The position numbers were made by a program, and so were the translations under genes. DNA of 64,000 nucleotides from Lingula anatina (taxonomy: Eukaryota; Animalia; Brachiopoda), in the NCBI GenBank assembly GCA_051362555.1, contig CM120640.1, forward strand, positions 10,850,001-10,914,000, read 5' to 3'. Below are positions 23,601 to 38,600 of the stretch, one piece after another (position 1 is the first letter of the stretch; each line of letters starts with the position of its first letter). The notes under the pieces are model-generated. The model ran no database searches. It was not told where the DNA came from and was given only the letters and a program-made list of their open reading frames with translations.

Positions 23601-26600
23601 ATTCAATCATATATTTCATATATTTTAATTACATACATAGCAGTCACTTACAGTTGGCCCCAAGGGTCCAGGCAGTCCTCTTAAACCATCAAGGCCTTGA
23701 GGGCCAGTTGGGCCTTGCTCCCCTTTTTGACCTTTTGGACCAGCGGGCCCTTGTGGGCCAGGTGGACCAACAGCAGCTGCAGAAATAAATAATAAAAAAA
23801 CAAATACACTATAATACAAGGTTATGTGCATGTGTAAACCAAAAATAAACCAAAAACATAGGATAATAATTTATTGTTATATTTATATTACTTTCTACCA
23901 GGGCCACAGATTGATTTTTCCCTAGACATTAACAGATATGTCTCTGGTTAAATAGATGGCTAATATCTGCACTGTGACCCTGTTCTGAAATCTCAAAGAT
24001 GATTACATGGCTGGTAATTGTTTGAATAACTACACAGGCATTGTCACTTAGCAAGTCCCTGTCAAGTCCCCTTGAATTGACAGCAATGAAAACAGTTAAT
24101 TGCTCATCTGTGACAATAAAACAGCCCCTTACATTGTATGAACAGCTTGTTACTTTAGGATGTTCCTTCAAACCATGTGACTCGTTTCAGCAGACAGACA
24201 AGACAAGACAAGACAGGTTGCATAACAAGCATTAATTACATTGGCGCAAAGCCCAGCTCCCACTGAGTTCCTGCAGAGTGGAAGCAATGCTTCCATCTAG
24301 CCAAAAGTTACAGGGTCACCTCAGCAAAAATGTCCACAGAATAATAACTGTGGCCCTGGTATATATGTATAAGGCCCTGGTATATATATTCTTATATATA
24401 TATATAAGAATAAAATGAAAATTAATATGATAGGTTGGTATAATAATTTATTCAAATAAAATAAAGACTTCTCAAAATATCTTCAACTTTAGCAAAATTT
24501 CACAAATTGTATTGTTATAAAACATACAAAGATGAATATAAACGTACCTTGACAGGAAAATGTGTTGCATGAAGCATCTTCTTGAGAATTCCCAGGGCAA
24601 GAAATGCCTCCATTACTGGGAGGTGGTTGGTCACAAACTCTTGTTCTTGAGTGAGCTCCAGTGCCACAGGTTTTAGAACACTGACTCCAGCTAGCCCACT
24701 GGCCCCAATTCCCATTGACTGAAAAAATTAAATCCTTAACGTAAAATATTTTAAGACCAACATCAAAAGCTCTATGGGAGTTAATGCCTCCATGACACTT
24801 TACTGCACTTAAAAATACATCTATAATCATTTAAAAAAGAAGTTTCTATCAAATTAAATGCAAAATTCCTCATAATAATAATTTAAATAAGGGATAAAAA
24901 TATTACAAAGAGGTTCAAAAACCAACCTTACCAGGACATGGTTGTGTGTTACAAGACTGAGACACTTTTCCTTCCCCAAGACAGTTATCTCCTCCATAGT
25001 TGGGTGTTGGATTGTTACAAAGTCTGGTTCTGCTCTGTGTTCCACCCCCACACGTCACTGTGCAGGTGCCCCAGTACGTCCAGTAGCCCCAGTTGCCATG
25101 CACTATGTACAAAGTAGAGGGACTATTCACCAACTAATACATACAGTCAGCTTGAAGCAAAGTTTAAAATTTGAGAGGATACATACATTTTTATCGGTGG
25201 GCATTTGCATATAATTACAAGTAAATAAGTAAAAAGCCAATTATGTAATTTTTTTTAAATAAAAGCTCAGCAATGGACCCATTTTCAAAAGCAAACAGTA
25301 CCTCTATTCATCTCTAACAACAAGAAAAAATTCCACTTAATTGAAATACAGTGCAACTTATGATTTTATCATTTTGTTTACTGTTAACATGTTCAGTTGC
25401 TATTCTATCATTTTTCAAAAGTATTTTTGTCTACTATATCCTTGTCATTGTTGTAACAAAAGCTATGCATACCAGGACAGTTTTCAGTGTTGCACTGTTG
25501 AGACAGCTCTGAGCTCCCAGGGCAGGAACTCCCACCATTGCTAGGTGCAGGGTTATCACATAACCTAGTTTTAGTTTGGGTCCCACCACCACAGGAAACT
25601 GGGCAACTAGCCCAGGATGACCAGGACCCCCAATTACCAGTAACTTAACATAAGCAAATAATAAAAAGTAATCAGAAATAAAAAAGAACAAATAGTCAAA
25701 GAGAAATCATAGCAAAATGAGAGAAAACCATTTCTATTTCACTGGCGGACAGAAATAGAATGTCCTAAAATTCTTGCTTTATATAATGAATAAAATGATT
25801 AACATACATAGACAAATTCAGTTGTACCTACCAGTGAGTGAAACTAAATATTTGGAAAAATAAGCAGACATACAAAATCAAAGCAATGTACACATCTTAA
25901 ATGTTTTTCTATTTCTAATTTACCCCACACAGCCATTGCATTATGCTTTCAAATAACTCACCTGGGCACCCTTGTGTGTTACACTGTTGAGATTCAGACC
26001 CACTACCAAAGCAGGTATTCCCACCATTACTTGGGGTAGGATTATCACACTGTCTAGATCTTGTTTGTATACCACCACCACATGTTACAGGGCACGAAGA
26101 CCAAGGAGTCCAAGAACCCCAATTACCATCAGCTAAAACAGTATTTTCGATTGATCAGCTTTGATTGTTAAAAAAGCAAACTGCACAACTGTAGGGATAT
26201 TTCAAAACTTTACCTTTTTCATAAAAAAATCCATTATTATTTTAACTGTTTTATTTATTTATTTTATTTTGTTTTGTTTTATTTATTGTTATTTATTTAT
26301 TTTATTTTATTATTTTATTTCATTTTTTTAAGTAGTTTTAAGAAAACTACATATACCTGGACATCCTTTAATACTGCACTGTTCACTTTCAGCATTATTT
26401 CCAGGACAAGTTGTGCCACCATTAGCAGGAACAGGATTGTCACAGACTCTTGCTCTACTTCTCTGTCCAATACCACATGTGGCACTGCAAGTGCTCCACC
26501 CACTCCAGCCACCCCAGTTACCATTTACTATAAAAAAAAAAACAAATTACATTTTTTATAAATAGTACTTATTCTTTTTCAATATTATGTAGGATAATCC

Positions 26601-29600
26601 CATTATGGTAAAATGGGTTTATTAATCATAATATTAAAAAAAGATAAAATATAAATTGATTATGTAAATATAAATTGAATATGATTATTTGAAAATAAAG
26701 TTCATGGCAAAATCAGATTATTCATTAAACCACTCATTAAATAACAACCATAATATCTTATAAAACAATATCAGCTGAACCACGACTTCATTATCCTCCA
26801 CGCCTCTAAGTATTTATAAAGCAAATCACTGCAGAGTAAATTAATAGGTGGAGCTTCTTACCATTTTACTTTTCTTATTTAGTTTCTTAAACATTTACTA
26901 ATATCAGTTTCATTTTACGTATTAAAACCTGACAGATGCTCACTGGGAATTTGATTGAATAAATAAAGTAGATCATTCAATCTTACATGTAATTAGTGCC
27001 TTGTTATAAAGAGAAAGAATAGATATCATTATCATTTTTCTAAAGCTGAGAAAGGTGAACTAGATGTTTTGAGATTAACACTATCTATTTCCTTAACATC
27101 AAAAGGCAGTTCCCTGTACATGTACTAATAAAAGCAGCAAAAGCAATGCTCATCCGTATGTAGCAGAGATAAGAATAATATCATTAGTTTTATCATGAGT
27201 TACCCTGGCAGGCTTGAGTGTTACATTGCTGGAACTGAGTCCCATCCCCAGGGCATGAAGCTCCTCCATTACTAGGAGCTGGATTATTACAAGATCTGGT
27301 TCTTGCTTGAGATCCACCACCACAACTGACTGGACATGTGGTCCAAGAAGACCAAGACCCCCAGTTGCCATTAACTAAAATCATATAGTAAATACACTAA
27401 AAAAACAAATAATAGTTTAAAAATCATAAAAACAAAAATAATAGCTACTTAATGAATAGAGGAAAAGAATGAAAGAAGAAAGAACATAGGGTCAATTTAT
27501 GACAGAATCAACTATTGATCTGGGTATAAGATGCACTTATTTTACCAAGATTTGAGATGTGAAGCTAAATACTACTTATCCCATAATTTGATTTATTGCC
27601 CTTGCTTTAAGAGACTAACTTCATACTAATTATATACCCAGATAGGTGGTTATATTTTTAAATAATTTAATGTAAGAGACCAATTAGGGGTATAATAATG
27701 AATGTTTATGTATGAAAATATATGGTCCTTCATCCCCATACATGACATACCCGGGCACCCTTGTGTGTTACATTGTTGAGACTCAGACCCACTACCAAAG
27801 CAGGGATTCCCACCATTACTTGGGGCAGGATTATCACACTGTCTAGATCTTGTTTGTGTACCACCACCACATGTTACAGGACATGAGGACCAAGGAGTCC
27901 AAGAACCCCAATTACCATCAGCTATACAACAAGAAATAATGCAAAAAATCTATATTAAGAAAAGTTTTTTTTCCAAAATGTAGCAGCTGCTTAGAGGATG
28001 TACACATTCAAAGGCAAAAAAAAATTAAAAATTAAAAAAAACAAAACATGAAGGTGCAGTAGAGATTTAGAGGCAAACAAGGAGTTCATGTAAAAGACAT
28101 TTTTCCAACAAAAAAATTGATAGAAACCTTGAAAAAATTGTTTAAAATAATTTTTTAAATACGTGAAAAATTGATTTTGAATTTGAAAAACAAAATAATG
28201 CTATATACCAGGACACCCTGTAATACTGCAGTTCTGAGTATCTACTCTGTTTCCAGGACAAGTTGTGCCACCATTAGCAGGAGCAGGATTGTCACAGACT
28301 CTTGCTCTACTTTGCTGTCCAATACCACATGTGACACTACAAGTGTTCCACACACTCCAGCCACCCCAGTTACCATTTACTTCGTAAAAAGATGAACACA
28401 TCTTAAGGAATATCATCAAAATATGTAATTGTGTAACGTAGTTATTTAACATCAAAATTCCCTCAGTCTAACCTTAATTAAGTTAGATTTATTATTTTTT
28501 CGTATCAGTATGCTGGTGGACTAAGCACTCTTTTGGGGGGCCAAAGTTTAAAAGTTGACTTTTTGCAGGAAACAATAGCTTGGCAATTATTTGAAAAAAA
28601 ATGGGATATTTGACCTTAACAAATTAAAATCATAAAATAATTATTTTGAAAAATACATTATAAATCGTTTTAATTTTCAAGTATAAGCTCATTTTATAGC
28701 ATGAAAGGAAGTGTATGAAATTAAGCATTGGACATTATACATCTAACTATAAATTAAAATGTGCTAACAAAAAATAAATGAATAAAAGTTATTGTTTTTA
28801 GCATACCCTGGCAGGCTTGGGTGTTACATTGCTGAAACTGAGTCCCCTCCCCAGGGCATGAAGCCCCTCCATTACTAGGAGCTGGATTATTACAAGATCT
28901 GGTTCTTGCTTGAGATTCACCACCACAACTGACTGGGCATGTGGTCCAAGAAGACCATAACCCCCAGTTACCATTTACTAAAATTATATAGAAAGCAAAG
29001 ACAAGAGAACTGAAAAAAATATATCCTAAAAGCATACTTCAGAGAATTAGTCAATAAATAGAAAAAAGGAGATACAAATTAATATAAGCATATCATAGCT
29101 GTGTTATTAATGGTCAGCATCTATAGGCCTAGTTCAATACGCTAATGAAAGAGAAATGCTTTTCTTACGATCTATACTACAGAAATTTTGCTGTATTAGA
29201 CATCCATGTAACATACCCGGACACCCTTGTGTGTTACATTGTTGAGACTCAGACCCACTACCAAAGCAGGTATTCCCACCATTACTTGGGGAAGGATTAT
29301 CACACTGTCTAGTTCTTGTTTGTGTACCACCACCACATGTTACAGGACATGAGGACCAAGGAGTCCAAGAACCCCAATTACCATCAGCTATACAACAAAA
29401 AATAATGCACAAACAACTAATACTTAATTAAATAAAAAAGAATTTTTTCAAAATGTGGTAGTTTGAAAACAACCAAATTAAATACAATGTAAACATATGC
29501 AGGTATTAATTGACGAATTTAAAGACAGTTGAGACTTAAAAGCAAACAAATAATTCATGTATTATTAAATGATAATATTCTAACAAAAATTCATAGAAAT

Positions 29601-32600
29601 CTTAAAGGAAAGATTGTATATAAAATTATTTTCAATACTGTTGGAAATATTTCTTATGATTTTGAAAAACAAAATAATGATATATACCAGGACACCCTGT
29701 AATACTGCAGTTCTGAGTATCTATTCTGTTTCCAGGACAAGATGTGCCACCATTAGCAGGAGCAGGATTGTCACAGACTCTTGCTCTACTTTGCTGTCCA
29801 ATACCACATGTGACACTACAAGTGTTCCACACACTCCAGCCACCCCAGTTACCATTTACTACATGAGCAGATGAACACAACTTGAGGAATATCATTAGAA
29901 ATTATCTAATAGTAGTGGGACAAATATTTGGCATCAATATTCAATCTCTTTCACCTTAGATGTATTCTTCTTTTGTATCAAAATATAAGTGGACTGAGCA
30001 CTTGTTTTCTTGAGCCCAAGTTTAAATGATACTATATTTTTGTATAATCACAAGAAATCTGATGTCAATTTATTTATTACTTTTTACCTGTATATATATA
30101 TATATATATATACAGACCATTTTAAATATTCATTATATAATTTAATATGTTTTTGGAAATAACTAAGCTGAGCCTCATAATCCAGTATTCAAGGAATGTA
30201 TCAAATCATGCACTGCACAATCTTTTAAAAACATAAAAAGAGAAGAAAGAAAAGTAGTTATATTTGGGGTCATGTCGATACTCCCCCGCACCGCTACTCC
30301 CCTGCACCGATACTCCCCTGCACTGATAAACCCCTTAGTAATTTTTTTTATTATGCGCATCGATACGACCCCACACCGATAGATCCCCGCACCGGTACAT
30401 ACCCGCACCGATACTCCCCAGCACCGATACTTCCCCGCACCGATACTCCCCCCCCCCCCCCAGGATATCTGTAATTGTGGGGGAGTATCGGTGCGGGGAA
30501 GTATTGGTGCGGGGATGTACCGGTGCGGGGACATATCGTCATGTAACCTAATATTTAGCATACCCGGGCAAGCTTGAGTGTTACATTGCTGGAACTGAGT
30601 ACCATCCCCAGGGCATGAAGCCCCTCCATTACTAGGAGCTGGATTATTACAAGATCTGGTTCTTGCTTGAGATTCACCACCACAACTGACTGGGCATGTG
30701 GTCCAAGAAGACCAAGACCCCCAGTTGCCATTTACTAAAAACAATAAATCATTAAAGAAAGTATAAAGACATGCAAGAAAACTTAAAGATATTTTTAGAA
30801 GAGTAAGCAAATAAAAACAGTCAATATAAGCATATCATGTAAAGCTATGATATTAATGAATCTGGAAGCTTATAGTTCAATAAGAAAAGGGACAAGATTT
30901 TTTTTCTTCATTTTTCCACTGTAATACAAAACTAATTTTGCAGTGTTAGACATCCATGCAACATACCCCCACACCCTTGTGTGTTACATTGTTGAGTCTC
31001 AGACCCACTACCAAAGCAGGTGTTTCCACCATTACTTGGGGCAGGATTATCACACTGTCTAGTTCTTGTTTGTGTACTACCACCACATGTTACAGAACAT
31101 GATGACCAAGAGGTCCAAGAACCCCAATTACCATCAGCTATATTAAGAAAAAATAATGCACAAACAATCTTAAATAAAAAAAAATTTTGACAATTGGATA
31201 GATGTTGGATAGGAAAACAACCAAATTAAATATAATGGAAACATACCCAGTAGTCAAATGATTAATTAAAAGGCATTTGAGACAAAGGCAAACAAGGAGT
31301 TCATGTACTAAATGATAGTTTTTCCAACAAAATTGAGAGAAATCTTGAAAAAAATATTGTACATGTATAAAATAAATGCTTGTAAGTTTGTCTTCTGAAT
31401 TAAGAAGACAGTAAGTTTGTCTTCTGAATGTAAATATTTCTTCTGAATTTTAAAAACAAAATAATGATATATACCAGGACACCCTGTAATACTGCAGTTC
31501 TGAGTATCTATTCTGTTTCCAGGACAAGTTGTGCCACCATTAGCAGGAGCAGGATTGTCACAGGCTCTTGCTCTCTGTTGCTGTCCAATACCACATGTGA
31601 CACTACAAGTGTTCCACACACTCCAGCCACCCCAGTTACCATTTACTAGTAATGGATTTTTACATGACTTCAATTTTTTTCCACAGAAATTCAATATATT
31701 ACTTACAAGAACAAAAATAACTAGAAAGGAAATAATATTGTATGTGCTTTGTAAACAGAAATATAATTGGGTAAATAAATAAACAGGCTGTCAAATAAAA
31801 ACTCTATGAGCAAAACAATATACAAATAAAATGAAATTACTGTCTTAATAAACTTATTGTAAAAAAAATTAATTTGCAAATAAAATTAGAGCACCATATC
31901 TTACTGGGGTTCACATGGATAAGGCGCACACATTACACAAGCAATGGCTGAGATCCCTTAAAATGGTTCTTATACATGTGAGACCCCATTCCCACATATA
32001 TTTAGATCGATCTATCCCCCTGGGGAGTCTCACTAGATTGGTGTCAGCTTAACTGGCTTAAATGTCTGTTCCGCCAACTAAAAGCTGTGAGGGGGTAATT
32101 AACTGCGGTGTGCGCTTGGCTGACAGCAATTGATTCAGCGTGAACCCCTAAGGAGTTAGGTCGATTCAGATGGATCGATCTAAATCTCTGGAAATGCAGT
32201 CTAAGACATACCCTGACACCCTTGTGTGTTACACTGTTGAGTCTCAGACCCACTACCAAAGCAGGGATTCCCACCATTACTTGGGGGAGGATTATCACAC
32301 TGTCTAGTTCTTGTTTGTGTACCACCACCACATGTTACAGGACATGAGGACCAAGGAGTCCAAGAACCCCAATTACCATCAGCTATTAAATTAAAATTTG
32401 TCTATTTTCAATTTTCTGACATTTATTCCAATACCGATTTATACTGAAACACAAGTGAGCATGAAGACCAACCTAAACATAGGTAAATGTTAACTGAAAT
32501 AAATATAGGGTTGGTTCCACTGCCGTATAAACATTTATTTCTTTTGATGGTTGGAATCACTTCTCTGTTCTGATTTGTAATTTAACATGCTTATACGTAT

Positions 32601-35600
32601 AATGTTCTCTCAACTTTGTGCCACAGCAATCATTCTTACCAGGACATCCAGCATCACTGCATGCTTGTGTTTCAATGTTACTCCCAAGACAAGATAGGCC
32701 TCCATTTGATGCAGGAGGGTTATCACAGGCTCTGGTCCTTATTTGCTGTCCAATACCACAGGTGACACTACATGTATTCCAAATACTCCAACCACCCCAG
32801 TTACCATTAACTACAATTGCAGTGTTTTGAAATATAAGAAAATCTTAGATTCCAGTTTGAAAGAAAAAGCAGGATATAGGGCAGTCACTGTACAACTGTA
32901 TATATCAAGGTGTTTCATCAAAGCAAGTAATAAATTGCACTGGATTGAATGATGTATTGAAAAACAGTTAACATAGTCTTTTAATGTACACATTTGAAAT
33001 TTTAAAATGATACCATTTAAAATGTTCAAATTAGTTGTGATAATTCATTTATATATTTATCTTTTATTTATCAATTTATGTAATTAATTTAATAGCATAA
33101 TGATAAAAAAAACTCCTCACACTTTCCACAGCAAGCCTTGGATACAAAAAGGGTCATTCAAAAAATACATTGTGTAATGAATATACAAAACACACTTTGC
33201 ATGCCAACGAAAACATCCATATAACACTCGTGATAAACTGAAATAATTATAGATAATAAGACAAAGGAGAAGATATATCATCTAGCTTAAGTAAAACTTT
33301 GAAACTGAAGTGTTCACTGCTGCTTAAAACAAATGTGTAATGAAAAAGAGACAACTAAAAAACTGAAACAGCCATGCACAGATCACAAATCCATTCACAA
33401 AATTCCCATACCAGGACAAGGACTGGTGTTACAGTCTTGACGATAAAGGCCATTTCCTGCACAATGTGCCCCACCATTTGCAGGCGCAGGATTATTACAG
33501 AGTTTTACTCTGGTTTTGACACCACCACCACATGTTTTTGAGCACAGTGTCCAATCAGAACTCCATGTGCCCCAGTTACCATTTACTGTAAATGTAGTAT
33601 AGCTAATAAACATGACAAACCATCTTTTAAAAATATCTGTTACTAGACAATTATCAATATATAGCTTGTGTTTTTTTACTCATGACAAGAAGGCCGAATA
33701 GTCTGCCAAAAAACAATTTTGCAATATGTTGTCATGTCTTGGTTAAATAAAACTTTACAATTAATTGAATTTTTATAGACTGATTTACAAGTTTTAATTT
33801 TATAAACAGCTGGAATGTCAAGAGTTTGAAAAGAGTCAAAAAGTTTTTGTCAAGCGTTACTGAAATGACAACCCAATGACCCACCCGGGCATCCTTGTGT
33901 GTTGCATTGTTCACTTTGGGTTGCTGAACCAAGACAAGATGCACCACCATACTGTGGGCTAGGATTGTTACATTCTCTAAAACGTGTTCTTGGGCCACCT
34001 CCACATGTGACTGGACAATTTGTCCAGTCATTCCAGTCTCCCCATTCCCCATTTACTGAAACACAATTAAGGTAGCTCAACTAAGGTATCAGAAACCCAT
34101 TAGATTATCATATAAATTACATCCTTGAGTTCCTTGGTTAACTTTATCCCTCTGTCTCAGATAAACAGTAGCACCAAATTGCTACTTTCTTAAGACAGAT
34201 CCTTAAAATCTACGAATTGCTATTAAACTGAAATGTCAGAATATGCCTATCAAAAAAGTGTTCCTTGCATGAATAAAAGAAACTCTTCAATATGTATTAT
34301 TAGTAGTATATAAATGTATCTGATGAATATATACTGGTTTATTTATTTTTTAATGCCCTAATCAACTTTATCAAACTTGTAAAACATTACAGCATGCAAT
34401 CCTACCAGGGCAAGGGTAACTATTGCACTCCTGTGTCTGAATATTAGATCCGGGGCAATAGGAGCCTCCATTTGCAGGTGCAGGGCTATCACACATGTGT
34501 CTCCTGGACTTCTCACCTCCACCACAGGTATGAGAACACAGAGTCCACCCCTGCCACTCTCCCCAATTTCCATCAACTACTAGTATACATAATGTTAAGG
34601 TGAGCTAGCACACTTGTTAGTATCGTGTATCAGAGAAGACTTAGTGGTTATTAGTAAAAATACATATATCTAAAGCACTGGTGTGAGAATGCTATAAAGC
34701 TAATTATATCAGCATCAAAAACCACTATGACAAGGTAAAAAATATAAAAATATCATAGTATTTTCAAATCAACATCAAAACCAACAGAAATGGACATTAT
34801 GGCTTTATTATGTAAAATAATGCTCAAACATGTTTTTCAAGTGATATATACTCATATGCAGTGCAAAGGTGAAGTAAATAAACACCAACATCAAGATGCA
34901 ATTTACCTAAGGATAATGACTGTATTACTACCTTACTAAATATTTGAGAGATCACCACCTGAAACTTATACAAACTTTTCATTTAAAAAAATCCAAGCCA
35001 CAATTAAGCTATCAGTCTGCACTCACCAGGACATCCTTGTGTTTCACAAAGTTCTGATTCAGTAGCACTCCCTGGACAAGAGCTTCCACCATTAGAAGGT
35101 GCTGGATTGTCACACACTCTAGTCCTGCTTCTTTGTCCTCCGCCACACGAGACAGTGCACGATGCCCAGTTAGCCCAAGCACCCCAATTTCCATTCACTA
35201 CAACAGCATTAATTGTAGTGATTTGAGTAGTGAAGTATTTCTATTGTGGAGACATGCTTAGTGTATCTTGTTTCACATTAATCAAATATTTGAAGGGAAT
35301 GTGCATTTAAAGATAAGCCCTTTTTAAATTTTGGGGAGGGGGATCATTTACGATATTGTTCTTTGAAACTCCCGTTGAATGCCAGGAAAAGCATACCAAC
35401 AAAAATCAAAGGATAGTATCTCTCACCAGAGAGAGCTTACATAGTTGAACATTTTGCACATATCACAAAAAAAAAACACATATTTAATGGCACAGGTATA
35501 GAAGTTGTCTTTTCTAACATTTCTCTCCTTCATACCAGAAATAAAAAAGAAAGAAATCATACCAGGGCACGCTTGTGTGTTACACTGCTCAGACTCTGTC

Positions 35601-38600
35601 CTATCTCCAGGACAAGAAGATCCACCATTACTTGGTGCTGGGCTATCACAGGCTCTGTTCCTGGTTCTTGTGCCACCGTTACATAAAGCTGAACAACCAG
35701 ACCAGGCATTCCAGGCACCCCAGTTCCCATTCACTTGGAAAAATAATGATACAAGTTAATATATTCCTATCATTCAAGTAAAACTATGGACTTATCAAAT
35801 CAATACATCTTGCTTCGAAATTAATACGGATGATGACACCATTGTAAACCTTTAAGTCTGAACAATTATAAAAATGCAAGTCTATATCAGAAATGTACTA
35901 AACATGTATTTATCAGGGCTAATTAAGCACTTGTAGCATTATACTACAATTGAACATAAACTGAAATCAAATTCATAATCTACCTGGGCAGGCTGACTGT
36001 GTGCAACTCTGTGTTTCAGAGCTTGGGTCACTTGATGGACAAGGTTGCCCAGAGCCACTTTGAGGTGGGTCATTGCATTCTCTTGTTCTGGTCTGCTGTC
36101 CACTCCCACAGGTGACCGAACACATGCTCCAGCTGCCCCACTGACCCCAGTTCCCATCAACTAGAGGAGCAGTAATGTAACAATTAAAACTTCATAATTT
36201 ACTCAATTCTTTAAAGGATTGTCCTGCGGAACTGAATTTTCCTCCAAAAATAATCAAGTTTCTCTTTTTTATGAGTCACGCCTTCTTATCAATTTCAGAA
36301 GAAAAGGCTATCGACATATGCCTTTTTGAGGGATTTAAATGCTCGAAAGTTCCAAATTGGGAGAGATATGTAGATTTTCAGGACATGTAGGCATAGAAAA
36401 TATGATTTACAAAGGTATTTAAAAATGCCAGTATCGTACTTTAAACTTTTCAATTGTGTTTGAGATACTAGCATTAGGAATGTGTCTGTTGAGTCATTAT
36501 GCATTCGGGGCAGCTGTAGGTCTACTGCTGCTTTGTGTTGTTTTGCGGCCACTAAAAGAAATGATTTCTTGAGAAGATGTTTTCATTTTTGGCAGAATAC
36601 ACATATCCACATCTAACTTGATCTGCTACTTCATACATACCATTTGCACATGCTAAAGTGTTGCAGATTTCTACTTCTAAGTTACTCCCGATACATGAGC
36701 TACCACCGTTGCTTGGGGCAGGATTATTACAGACTCGTTGCCTTGAATGGCTACCTCCACCGCATGTTGCTGAACAAATTTGCCAAGCCTGCCACGCGCC
36801 CCAGTTTCCATTTACTGTAATTATTATATATATTATATATAGGATGCTTATAATGAAACAACATAGCCTATAACAACGCCGGCATTAAACACGTCTATTT
36901 TTTCTTTTTTATTCTAGATTTAATCTTTATCATTTTTAATTTCTTTCATTTTATCATCACTTTATTAATTTATTTATTATTATTATTACTATAATATGCG
37001 TGAATCAAATAAAACAAAATCGTACAGGCTTACTCTGTAGAGGTAAAAATACCTTTGAGTATTATGTGTTTTATCCATGAATCAAAGATGCTGCCATAAG
37101 GACTATTGTAAAAAAACGCAGACTTGTCGGGCTGACTTCTTAAGGATCAAAAACGGTGTGATCACTGCGTTTTCTAGTACAAATGGAAGGAATGTTTCTT
37201 GGAGCAAAAGAAAAAATATCCAAATATCCATTATAACGCTTACAACGCTTACCTGGTTGAATTAACGTCTTCAAACGGGTACCAGCTGACATGGCAAAGC
37301 TTTCTATATCCCCTGCTCCATAAACTGTAGCCATAAACGTTCTGCCCTGAGCATGTGTAAGCCTCATTGACCCACTGGGTAGCTGAATGGCTGCACCAAC
37401 ATATGAGGTACCAGGAATTGGCGTCCACTGCACTGTGCTGGGGAGAGCTTGACCGTCCAGCAACAAATTGCCTGTCTGCGCGGCCTCTACGACTACCAGT
37501 ACATAGTTGGTGTAGGAGATCCCTGAGCTCCCTGATTCTTGAAGGGAAGTGACGGTATATTCAGACTGCCACTGTTCGGCTGGAGTCAAAATGGCCATTG
37601 ATGGATCACCAACATCACTCGCTGCCGTAGCTTTACTTTTGGTAAACTGCACCACCAGTATAGGATGGGTAGATGTCATATGCGTATAAACATTAGAAGG
37701 AAATGACCGTTCCGCGAATGCCCCTCTGTTCAAATTTACAGTTTCATCGTTGCCATTTCCAGAAACGGTGACGACGGTTCCATCATTACTTGCAACGATA
37801 CGGAATATATCCCCTACAGTTCGACCAGGTGTGGGGACGGTGAAAAATTCTTGACCCCACGTGTTAACGGGAGGCAGCTGTTCAACTAAATGATCACGGT
37901 AGTTTGATTCATTACCTACGATTGTACGGATGTTACCACTAAATACTGCAATTGGCTTGTCTGATGAAACACGGGCACCTGTCATATCCCCAAAAGCCTG
38001 AGCTTGGAAAGTTTGATAGCTACCAAGTCTCAATACAATGGTGTCGCCATTTCTATAAGTCCATGAATTGTATGTCAGATTCAGCGGACTTCCCGGATTG
38101 TTAGGCAAAATTATCGTCACCGATGTCGTTGACCCCGTTGACGACAACGCAGCAATACCTAGCTGGCAGTTTTTAGTAATAACTGACGAAGAGTAGCATA
38201 CTACGTAATAGTCCGTCCCTAAGATATCTGTGGGTAAGGCAAGATAGCCCTCAGACGAATGAAGTTCCCTGTTGATCGAATACACATTCACATCATGGGA
38301 TGATTGAATGAGAACTGCCTTGGAGTTTATACCAGTTCCAGTTGTTTGTATCGCCCTTCCAAGACTGACTTTCTTCAATTCATTTGGACCAACGGTGACG
38401 GTTTCGGCAATGGCAGGTGTAAAGTTTGGTGACGTTACATTCACCTGAGAAGTCACTGTTGAGTAAGTGTTAGCGATGTAGACTTCAAGCGGCAAGTTTC
38501 GTGCGACGTCCACCTGATTTTCCATAAATATTATGACAAACTCCTGTCCACTAGAAGCCACGGTTTCTGAAAGTATAAGTATATTTAGTGAGTAGAGCTT

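Noticed and set aside
30266-30548. CRISPR-like array of short repeats
   Set aside because: Units abut without unique spacers, switch orientation, lie in a spliceosomal intron and have no cas genes nearby. Better explained as a fold-back transposon.
30175-30810. 211-aa ORF as an independent gene
   Set aside because: It is one TSP1 exon (30564-30734) plus read-through into intronic repeat sequence.
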